Origin: Alphaproteobacteria bacterium
Lineage (GTDB): Bacteria > Pseudomonadota > Alphaproteobacteria > JASGCL01
Direction of reading: 5' to 3'
Assembly (NCBI GenBank): GCA_965203915.1
Contig: OZ241918.1
Coordinates: 609,532 to 673,531, forward strand
Length of the DNA: 64,000 nucleotides
Position 1 is the first letter of the stretch; every line of letters starts with the position of its first letter. Below are positions 1-8,298 of the stretch, in pieces. The notes beneath the pieces are model-generated. The model searched no databases. It was not told the DNA's origin and saw only the letters and a program-made list of their open reading frames with translations. A program made the translations under genes and the position numbers.

Positions 1-3000
1 ACAAATTATTCATCCTGACGATTAATAATGTGAATGAATTCGGCACTGGCTTTACATGGGCGCAACAACCGATAGGGGTTAATCAATGGCGCAATGGGGC
101 GAGCGGTCTCATCACGGTGGGTGTTAGTGAAAACAACGCGATGGGTATGGCGGTGGGGCAGTTTGCAGCAACCGATGGCGATCAAGTGGCGGTTACTTAC
201 AATTTGGGCGGCACCGATGCGGCATATTTTAGCATCAACAACAATGGTGCTCTAACCTTAAAATCAAGTTTAAATTATGAAGATAGCGTTCATACGGCGA
301 AAAATTATAGCGTGGTGGTAACGGCAACATCGACCGATGGCAGCCCCGCGGTCAGCAGTTTGTTCGTGGTGTCGTTGGGTAATGTGGATGATAATGCCAC
401 GGTGTGGAGTGGAACCCCCGCCACGGGCGTAGCGGTCAATGAAACAGCGGGCATAACCAATACCGTGGTTCTTTCAACGCGGGTGTCGCTGGCCGATTTC
501 AGGGCGATTGATGCCGACGGGCAAACGGTAAAATATAGTCTGGCGGGTGATACAGCGGGTATGTTTAGCATCGACAGCAATGGGGTATTATATCGGACGC
601 GTAATGTGGATTATGAAACAAGCCAACATCAATTCTCTGTAACGGTATGGGCATGGGGCGCGGCAAACACTGATGGCATTGCCAACGATGGTGCTGGTAT
701 CAACAAATTATTCATCCTGACGATTAATAATGTGAATGAATTCGGCACTGGCTTTACATGGGCGCAACAACCGATTGGGACTAATCAATGGCGCAATGGG
801 GCGAGCGGGCTCGTCACGGTGGGTGTTAATGAAAACAACGCGATGGGTATGGCGGTGGGGCAGTTTGCAGCAACCGACGGCGACCAAGTGGCGGTTACTT
901 ACAATTTGGGCGGCACCGATGCGGCATATTTTAGCATCAACAACAATGGTGCTCTAACCTTAAAATCAAGCCTGGATTATGAAAGCACCCACGTGGGTAA
1001 AAATTATAGCGTGGTGGTAACAGCAACATCGACCGATGGTAGCCCCGCGGTCAGTAGTTTGTTCGTGGTGTCGTTGGGTAATGTGGATGATAATGCCACG
1101 GTGTGGAGTGGAACCCCTGTCACGGGCGTAGCGGTCAATGAAACAGCGGGCATAACCAATACCGTGGTTCTTTCAACGCGGGTGTCGCTGGCCGATTTCA
1201 GGGCGATTGATGGCGACGGGCAAACGGTAAAATATAGTCTGGCGGGTGACACAGCGGGTATGTTTAGCATTGACAGCAATGGGGTATTATATCGGACGCG
1301 TAATGTGGATTATGAAACAAGCCAACATCAATTCTCTGTAACGGTATGGGCATGGGGCGCGGCAAACACTGATGGCATTGCCAACGATGGTGCTGGTATC
1401 AACAAATTATTCATCCTGACGATTAATAATGTGAATGAATTCGGCACTGGCTTTACATGGGCGCAACAACCGATTGGGACTAATCAATGGCGCAATGGGG
1501 CGAGCGGGCTCGTCACGGTGGGTGTTAATGAAAACAACGCGATGGGTATGGCGGTGGGGCAGTTTGCAGCAACCGACGGCGACCAAGTGGCGGTTACTTA
1601 CAATTTGGGCGGCACCGATGCGGCATATTTTAGCATCAACAACAATGGTGCTCTAACCTTAAAATCAAGCCTGGATTATGAAAGCACCCACGTGGGTAAA
1701 AATTATAGCGTGGTGGTAACAGCAACATCGACCGATGGTAGCCCCGCGGTCAGTAGTTTGTTCGTGGTGTCGTTGGGTAATGTGGATGATAATGCCACGG
1801 TGTGGAGTGGAACCCCCGCCACGGGCGTAGCGGTCAATGAAACAGCGGGCATAACCAATACCGTGGTTCTTTCAACGCGGGTGTCGCTGGCCGATTTCAG
1901 GGCGATTGATGGCGACGGGCAAACGGTAAAATATAGTCTGGCGGGTGACACAGCGGGTATGTTTAGCATCGACAGCAATGGGGTATTATATCGGACGCGT
2001 AATGTGGATTATGAAACAAGCCAACATCAATTCTCTGTAACGGTATGGGCATGGGGCGCGGCAAACACTGATGGCATTGCCAACGATGGTGCTGGTATCA
2101 ACAAATTATTCATCCTGACGATTAATAACGTGAATGAACTTGGCACGGGCTTTACATGGGCGCAACAACCGATTGGGACTAATCAATGGCGCAATGGGGC
2201 GAGCGGGCTCGTCACGGTGGGTGTTAATGAAAACAACGCGATGGGTATGGCGGTGGGGCAGTTTGCAGCAACCGACGGCGACCAAGTGGCGGTTACTTAC
2301 AATTTGGGCGGCACCGATGCGGCATATTTTAGCATCAACAACAATGGTGCTCTAACCTTAAAATCAAGCCTGGATTATGAAAGCACCCACGTGGGTAAAA
2401 ATTATAGCGTGGTGGTAACAGCAACATCGACCGATGGTAGCCCCGCGGTCAGTAGTTTGTTCGTGGTGTCGTTGGGTAATGTGGATGATAATGCCACGGT
2501 GTGGAGTGGAACCCCCGCCACGGGCGTAGCGGTCAATGAAACAGCGGGCATAACCAATACCGTGGTTCTTTCAACGCGGGTGTCGCTGGCCGATTTCAGG
2601 GCGATTGATGGCGACGGGCAAACGGTAAAATATAGTCTGGCGGGTGACACAGCGGGTATGTTTAGCATCGACAGCAATGGGGTATTATATCGGACGCGTA
2701 ATGTGGATTATGAAACAAGCCAACATCAATTCTCTGTAACGGTATGGGCATGGGGCGCGGCAAACACTGATGGCATTGCCAACGATGGTGCTGGTATCAA
2801 CAAATTATTCATCCTGACGATTAATAACGTGAATGAACTTGGCACGGGCTTTACATGGGCGCAACAACCGATAGGGGTTAATCAATGGCGCAATGGGGCG
2901 AGCGGTCTCATCACGGTGGGTGTTAGTGAAAACAACGCGATGGGTATGGCGGTGGGGCAGTTTGCAGCAACCGACGGCGACGGGGTATCTGTTACTTACA

Positions 3001-6000
3001 GTTTGAGTGGCGCCGATGCGGGGAATTTTAGCATCAACAACAATGGTGCCCTGACCTTGAAATCAAGCCTGGATTATGAAAGTCGCGTGGGTAAAAATTA
3101 CAGCGTGGTGGTAACAGCAACATCGACCGATGGCAGCCCCGCGGTCAGCAGTTTGTTCGTTGTAAGTTTGCAAGACAGCGTCAAAGAATTTGTGTGGACC
3201 AATAACCCAAGCGGCGCGTCTATTTCTGAAACGGCGGCGTTGGTGGGGGCTACGGTGGCGGATTTCAATATTGGTGGCGGTGCGGGCGGCACGGCCTTTA
3301 CCGAAGGAACAGGTTCTGGCTATTGGCTGGTTCAGGGATTTGGCGATGTAGCGCAATTTAATCTTAATCAGCAAACGGGGGTTCTAACATTAAGGGGTGC
3401 CCGTGATTATGAAACGGATCATGCTGGACGCCCTGACCATCGGTTTTCGGTGGCGGTGGGTGCGTGGCGCGATGGCGGTGGAGAGGTTAGCCATGTATTT
3501 GTTTTAACGGTGACCGATGCTAATGAAGCAATGGCGTTCCAATGGCAAGCCCAGCCCTTGTCTAATGCGCAATATAGCCAGGGGGTTAACCTTGGGTGGA
3601 GTGGGGCAAGCAGCACGATAGTTGCGAATATTAGCGAAAGTATAACGGTTGGTGGGTTGCAAGTGGCAAAATTCAAAGGCGTTGACGCTGATATTGGGGT
3701 TTATGTTACCTATAACCTGGGCGGCACCGATGCGACCTATTTCAGCATCGACACCAACGGGCGTTTGTATTTGGCATCGAATTTGGATTATGAAAGCACT
3801 CATGTAGGTAAAAATTATAGCGTGGTGGTCACGGCGAAATCGACCGATGGTAGTGCGGCGATTAGCAACATGGTGGTGATAAGCCTGAGCAATGTGGATG
3901 ATAATGCCACGGCGTGGAGTGGAACCCCTGTCACGGGCGTAGCGGTCAATGAAACAGCGGGCATAACCAATACCGTGGTTCTTTCAACGCGGGTGTCGCT
4001 GGCCGATTTCAGGGCGATTGATGGCGACGGGCAAACGGTAAAATATAGTCTGGTGGGTGACACAGCGGGTATGTTTAGCATCGACAGCAATGGGGTATTA
4101 TATCGGACGCGTAATGCGGATTATGAAACAAGCCAACGTCAATTCTCGGTAACGGTATGGGCATGGGGCGCGGCAAACACCGGGGGCATTGCCAACGATG
4201 GTGCTGGTATCAACAAATTATTCATCCTGACGATTAATAATGTGAATGACGGCGCAACCAATTTTACATGGGCGCAACAACCGATTGGGGCTAATCAATG
4301 GCGCAATGGGGCGAGCGGTCTCATCACGGTGGGTGTTAATGAAAACAACGCGATTGGTATGGCGGTGGGGCAGTTTGCAGCAACCGATGGCGATCAAGTG
4401 GCGGTTACTTACAATTTGGGCGGCACCGATGCGGCATATTTTAGCATCAACAACAATGGTGCTCTAACCTTAAAATCAAGTTTAAATTATGAAGATAGCG
4501 TTCATACGGCGAAAAATTATAGCGTGGTGGTAACGGCAACATCGACCGATGGCAGCCCCGCGGTCAGCAGTTTGTTCGTGGTGTCGTTGGGTAATGTGGA
4601 TGATAATGCCACGGTGTGGAGTGGAACCCCCGCCACGGGCGTAGCGGTCAATGAAACAGCGGGCATAACCAATACCGTGGTTCTTTCAACGCGGGTGTCG
4701 CTGGCCGATTTCAGGGCGATTGATGCCGACGGGCAAACGGTAAAATATAGTCTGGCGGGTGATACAGCGGGTATGTTTAGCATCGACAGCAATGGGGTAT
4801 TATATCGGACGCGTAATGTGGATTATGAAACAAGCCAACATCAATTCTCTGTAACGGTATGGGCATGGGGCGCGGCAAACACTGATGGCATTGCCAACGA
4901 TGGTGCTGGTATCAACAAATTATTCATCCTGACGATTAATAGTGTGAATGAACTTGGCACTGGCTTTACATGGGCGCAACAACCGATTGGGACTAATCAA
5001 TGGCGCAATGGGGCGAGCGGTCTCGTCACGGTGGGTGTTAATGAAAACAACGCGATTGGTATGGCGGTGGGGCAGTTTGCAGCAACCGACGGCGATCAAG
5101 TGGCGGTTACTTACAATTTGGGCGGCACCGATGCGGCATATTTTAGCATCAACAACAATGGCGCCCTGACCTTAAAATCAAGCCTGGATTATGAAGATGG
5201 TGTCCATACGGCGAAAAATTACAGCGTGGTGGTAACAGCAACATCGACCGATGGTAGCCCCGCGGTCAGCAGTTTGTTCGTGGTGTCGTTGGGTAATGTG
5301 GATGATAATGCCACGGTGTGGAGTGGAACCCCTGTCACGGGCGTAGCGGTCAATGAAACAGCGGGCATAACCAATACCGTGGTTCTTTCAACGCGGGTGT
5401 CGCTGGCCGATTTCAGGGCGATTGATGGCGACGGGCAAACGGTAAAATATAGTCTGGCGGGTGACACAGCGGGTATGTTTAGCATTGACAGCAATGGGGT
5501 ATTATATCGGACGCGTAATGTGGATTATGAAACAAGCCAACATCAATTCTCTGTAACGGTATGGGCATGGGGCGCGGCAAACACCGGGGGCATTGCCAAC
5601 GATGGTGCTGGTATCAACAAATTATTCATCCTGACGATTAATAATGTGAATGAATTCGGCACTGGCTTTACATGGGCGCAACAACCGATTGGGACTAATC
5701 AATGGCGCAATGGGGCGAGCGGGCTCGTCACGGTGGGTGTTAATGAAAACAACGCGATGGGTATGGCGGTGGGGCAGTTTGCAGCAACCGACGGCGACCA
5801 AGTGGCGGTTACTTACAATTTGGGCGGCACCGATGCGGCATATTTTAGCATCAACAACAATGGTGCTCTAACCTTAAAATCAAGCCTGGATTATGAAAGC
5901 ACCCACGTGGGTAAAAATTATAGCGTGGTGGTAACAGCAACATCGACCGATGGTAGCCCCGCGGTCAGTAGTTTGTTCGTGGTGTCGTTGGGTAATGTGG

Positions 6001-7949
6001 ATGATAATGCCACGGTGTGGAGTGGAACCCCCGCCACGGGCGTAGCGGTCAATGAAACAGCGGGCATAACCAATACCGTGGTTCTTTCAACGCGGGTGTC
6101 GCTGGCCGATTTCAGGGCGATTGATGGCGACGGGCAAACGGTAAAATATAGTCTGGCGGGTGACACAGCGGGTATGTTTAGCATCGACAGCAATGGGGTA
6201 TTATATCGGACGCGTAATGTGGATTATGAAACAAGCCAACATCAATTCTCTGTAACGGTATGGGCATGGGGCGCGGCAAACACTGATGGCATTGCCAACG
6301 ATGGTGCTGGTATCAACAAATTATTCATCCTGACGATTAATAATGTGAATGAATTCGGCACTGGCTTTACATGGGCGCAACAACCGATTGGGACTAATCA
6401 ATGGCGCAATGGGGCGAGCGGGCTCGTCACGGTGGGTGTTAATGAAAACAACGCGATTGGTATGGCGGTGGGGCAGTTTGCAGCAACCGACGGCGACCAA
6501 GTGGCGGTTACTTACAATTTGGGCGGCACCGATGCGGCATATTTTAGCATCAACAACAATGGCGCCCTGACCTTAAAATCAAGCCTGGATTATGAAAGCA
6601 CCCACGTGGGTAAAAATTACAGCGTGGTGGTAACAGCAACATCGACCGATGGCAGCCCCGCGGTCAGCAGTTTGTTCGTGGTGTCGTTGGGTAATGTGGA
6701 TGATAATGCCACGGCGTGGAGTTCAACCCCCGCCACAGGCATCGCGATTGATGAAAAGGCAGGAATAATCAATAGCGTCGCTCTTGGCGTGCTAGCTTCG
6801 GTTGCGAATTTCAAGGCACTTGATGCCGATGGTCAAACGGTAACCTATAGCTTGGATGGGGCGGATAAATGGATGTTCAGCATAGACAGCAATGGGGTAT
6901 TATACCGAACAAATGATGTGGATTATGAAACAAGCACTTCTTGGCGCCCCAGCCATCAATTTTCGGTAACGGTGTGGGCGTGGGGCGCGGCAAACAGCGG
7001 TGGTATCGTTAACGGTGGTGCTGGCATCAGTAAATTGTTTGTGTTGACTATTAATAATATTAGTGAACCAACTAATTTTTCTAGCACACCAAGCACGGGT
7101 ATCGCCGTTAACGAAAACAATGTCGTGGGATTAACGGTGGGTAGTTTCCGCGCGATTGATGGTGACGGGGCGGCGGTAACATATAGCCTTGGCGGCACCG
7201 ATGCGACATACTTCAGTATTGATACGAATGGTAATTTAAAATTAAGATCAATTTTGGATTTTGAAGATGCGAATCATACAGCCCATAATTACAGCGTGGT
7301 GGTGCAGGCAACATCGACCGATGGCGGTGCCACGATTAGCAGCGCGTTTGTGTTGTCGTTGGGTAATGTTGCGGGGGCAAACCATGCCGACCACACGGCT
7401 TACATCGACGGCACCACGGCGACCCATGTGGTGAATGTGGGTGGCATTATTGGCCATGGCGAATCGGGCAATATTGATTATGCCAATGTGCAATTCCATG
7501 GCGTTAATTACACCGACAAAGTTATTACGCACAATGTTGCCCCCGATGGTTTACAATCAACCATGGTGGATTATGTGTCGCGTGGCATTAGCGATCTGGA
7601 ATCTTTACGAATAAGTTTCAACGGCTTCACCGATACCGATGGCAGCAAACGTAACCATTGGTTCTTCGTCCAGGATGATGCAACCGACAACAGCGGGCAT
7701 ATTGTGTTCGATGCCGATGGCCAGAATGTAAACCTGCATAGTTTTGCTAATGGCGGCGGTTTAGCAACTGCTGACCAAATCAACCTGCTTGCTGGTTCGA
7801 ACTACGGCATTGACGGCGACTTCGCCAAACCAACCGACTTGAATTTGAACTTGGCTTCCGACCTATTGCACCAAAACATCGCGGGGGCATTGACCTTCGA
7901 CCAATTCCTCGCCCTCCTCGGCGGCAGCCAGCATATCAGCTTTGTTTAA
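1..7949 (+). CDS. Giant cadherin-repeat protein A (5'-partial, >2640 aa), putative secreted adhesin
   Basis: Frame is open from position 3 (KLFILTINN...), so the true start lies upstream of the window. Repeats carry ENN, ATDGD, LDYE and NVDDN cadherin Ca2+ motifs. Conserved C-terminal domain at 7383-7949. Confidence 0.9.
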   Translation, partial: KLFILTINNVNEFGTGFTWAQQPIGVNQWRNGASGLITVGVSENNAMGMAVGQFAATDGDQVAVTYNLGGTDAAYFSINNNGALTLKSSLNYEDSVHTAKNYSVVVTATSTDGSPAVSSLFVVSLGNVDDNATVWSGTPATGVAVNETAGITNTVVLSTRVSLADFRAIDADGQTVKYSLAGDTAGMFSIDSNGVLYRTRNVDYETSQHQFSVTVWAWGAANTDGIANDGAGINKLFILTINNVNEFGTGFTWAQQPIGTNQWRNGASGLVTVGVNENNAMGMAVGQFAATDGDQVAVTYNLGGTDAAYFSINNNGALTLKSSLDYESTHVGKNYSVVVTATSTDGSPAVSSLFVVSLGNVDDNATVWSGTPVTGVAVNETAGITNTVVLSTRVSLADFRAIDGDGQTVKYSLAGDTAGMFSIDSNGVLYRTRNVDYETSQHQFSVTVWAWGAANTDGIANDGAGINKLFILTINNVNEFGTGFTWAQQPIGTNQWRNGASGLVTVGVNENNAMGMAVGQFAATDGDQVAVTYNLGGTDAAYFSINNNGALTLKSSLDYESTHVGKNYSVVVTATSTDGSPAVSSLFVVSLGNVDDNATVWSGTPATGVAVNETAGITNTVVLSTRVSLADFRAIDGDGQTVKYSLAGDTAGMFSIDSNGVLYRTRNVDYETSQHQFSVTVWAWGAANTDGIANDGAGINKLFILTINNVNELGTGFTWAQQPIGTNQWRNGASGLVTVGVNENNAMGMAVGQFAATDGDQVAVTYNLGGTDAAYFSINNNGALTLKSSLDYESTHVGKNYSVVVTATSTDGSPAVSSLFVVSLGNVDDNATVWSGTPATGVAVNETAGITNTVVLSTRVSLADFRAIDGDGQTVKYSLAGDTAGMFSIDSNGVLYRTRNVDYETSQHQFSVTVWAWGAANTDGIANDGAGINKLFILTINNVNELGTGFTWAQQPIGVNQWRNGASGLITVGVSENNAMGMAVGQFAATDGDGVSVTYSLSGADAGNFSINNNGALTLKSSLDYESRVGKNYSVVVTATSTDGSPAVSSLFVVSLQDSVKEFVWTNNPSGASISETAALVGATVADFNIGGGAGGTAFTEGTGSGYWLVQGFGDVAQFNLNQQTGVLTLRGARDYETDHAGRPDHRFSVAVGAWRDGGGEVSHVFVLTVTDANEAMAFQWQAQPLSNAQYSQGVNLGWSGASSTIVANISESITVGGLQVAKFKGVDADIGVYVTYNLGGTDATYFSIDTNGRLYLASNLDYESTHVGKNYSVVVTAKSTDGSAAISNMVVISLSNVDDNATAWSGTPVTGVAVNETAGITNTVVLSTRVSLADFRAIDGDGQTVKYSLVGDTAGMFSIDSNGVLYRTRNADYETSQRQFSVTVWAWGAANTGGIANDGAGINKLFILTINNVNDGATNFTWAQQPIGANQWRNGASGLITVGVNENNAIGMAVGQFAATDGDQVAVTYNLGGTDAAYFSINNNGALTLKSSLNYEDSVHTAKNYSVVVTATSTDGSPAVSSLFVVSLGNVDDNATVWSGTPATGVAVNETAGITNTVVLSTRVSLADFRAIDADGQTVKYSLAGDTAGMFSIDSNGVLYRTRNVDYETSQHQFSVTVWAWGAANTDGIANDGAGINKLFILTINSVNELGTGFTWAQQPIGTNQWRNGASGLVTVGVNENNAIGMAVGQFAATDGDQVAVTYNLGGTDAAYFSINNNGALTLKSSLDYEDGVHTAKNYSVVVTATSTDGSPAVSSLFVVSLGNVDDNATVWSGTPVTGVAVNETAGITNTVVLSTRVSLADFRAIDGDGQTVKYSLAGDTAGMFSIDSNGVLYRTRNVDYETSQHQFSVTVWAWGAANTGGIANDGAGINKLFILTINNVNEFGTGFTWAQQPIGTNQWRNGASGLVTVGVNENNAMGMAVGQFAATDGDQVAVTYNLGGTDAAYFSINNNGALTLKSSLDYESTHVGKNYSVVVTATSTDGSPAVSSLFVVSLGNVDDNATVWSGTPATGVAVNETAGITNTVVLSTRVSLADFRAIDGDGQTVKYSLAGDTAGMFSIDSNGVLYRTRNVDYETSQHQFSVTVWAWGAANTDGIANDGAGINKLFILTINNVNEFGTGFTWAQQPIGTNQWRNGASGLVTVGVNENNAIGMAVGQFAATDGDQVAVTYNLGGTDAAYFSINNNGALTLKSSLDYESTHVGKNYSVVVTATSTDGSPAVSSLFVVSLGNVDDNATAWSSTPATGIAIDEKAGIINSVALGVLASVANFKALDADGQTVTYSLDGADKWMFSIDSNGVLYRTNDVDYETSTSWRPSHQFSVTVWAWGAANSGGIVNGGAGISKLFVLTINNISEPTNFSSTPSTGIAVNENNVVGLTVGSFRAIDGDGAAVTYSLGGTDATYFSIDTNGNLKLRSILDFEDANHTAHNYSVVVQATSTDGGATISSAFVLSLGNVAGANHADHTAYIDGTTATHVVNVGGIIGHGESGNIDYANVQFHGVNYTDKVITHNVAPDGLQSTMVDYVSRGISDLESLRISFNGFTDTDGSKRNHWFFVQDDATDNSGHIVFDADGQNVNLHSFANGGGLATADQINLLAGSNYGIDGDFAKPTDLNLNLASDLLHQNIAGALTFDQFLALLGGSQHISFV
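30..6720 (+). repeat. Near-identical 699/702-bp tandem units (two cadherin domains, 233/234 aa), interrupted by other modules at ~3160-3880
   Basis: Unit starts near 30, 732, 1431, 2130, 2829 and again from ~4240. Shadow antisense ORFs recur at 305, 1004, 1703, 2402, 4517, 5219, 5918 and 6617 (spacing 699-702). Confidence 0.95.
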
Positions 7950-7967
7950 TTAAGTTTTAAACTTAAT
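7949..7967. repeat. Perfect inverted repeat overlapping the stop codon (ATTAAGTTT-T-AAACTTAAT)
   Basis: Read directly; an identical copy lies at 39212-39230 after gene D. Confidence 0.8.
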
Positions 7968-8107
7968 ACCGCGCCCCTTTAATAGGATGGGGTTGGGTCG
8001 CCACAGCCATTTATCGTGCCCTGTTGGCTATAATAGGCAAGGAAGACATTGTTACTCCTTTTAATGCTCATACTGGAGAGGCCTCCCGCCCCTATTATCA
8101 AGCGTAA

Positions 8108-8150
8108 AGGCTTAAATCAGCTCAATAAGCCTAGTTATTTTATTATATTT
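8108..8150 (+). terminator. Putative intrinsic terminator (AGGCTTA-N11-TAAGCCT followed by a T-rich tract)
   Basis: Stem conserved with a different loop at 39375-39400 and in shorter form at 16043-16064; each is followed by T-rich sequence. Confidence 0.45.
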
Positions 8151-8182
8151 ATTAAAAAGAGCATAATTCAATAATAAAACCC

Positions 8183-8211
8183 TTGAAAGAATTAGCAAAA
8201 TTTACTAAAAT
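8183..8211 (+). promoter_or_regulatory. Sigma70-like promoter of gene B: TTGAAA-N17-TAAAAT
   Basis: Exact 17-bp spacer; homologous arrangement upstream of genes C and E. Confidence 0.65.
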
Positions 8212-8298
8212 AGCTATAATAAGTAGAAAAAAATCTAAAGCCTGTATTTTTTACAATATAAAAATACAAGGACAGTAGTTTTTTTAGGGGTAAAAAAC

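Noticed and set aside
7949-7967. CtrA box (TTAA-N7-TTAA) here or in the 23-bp repeats
   Set aside because: The spacings are N9 and N8, not N7.
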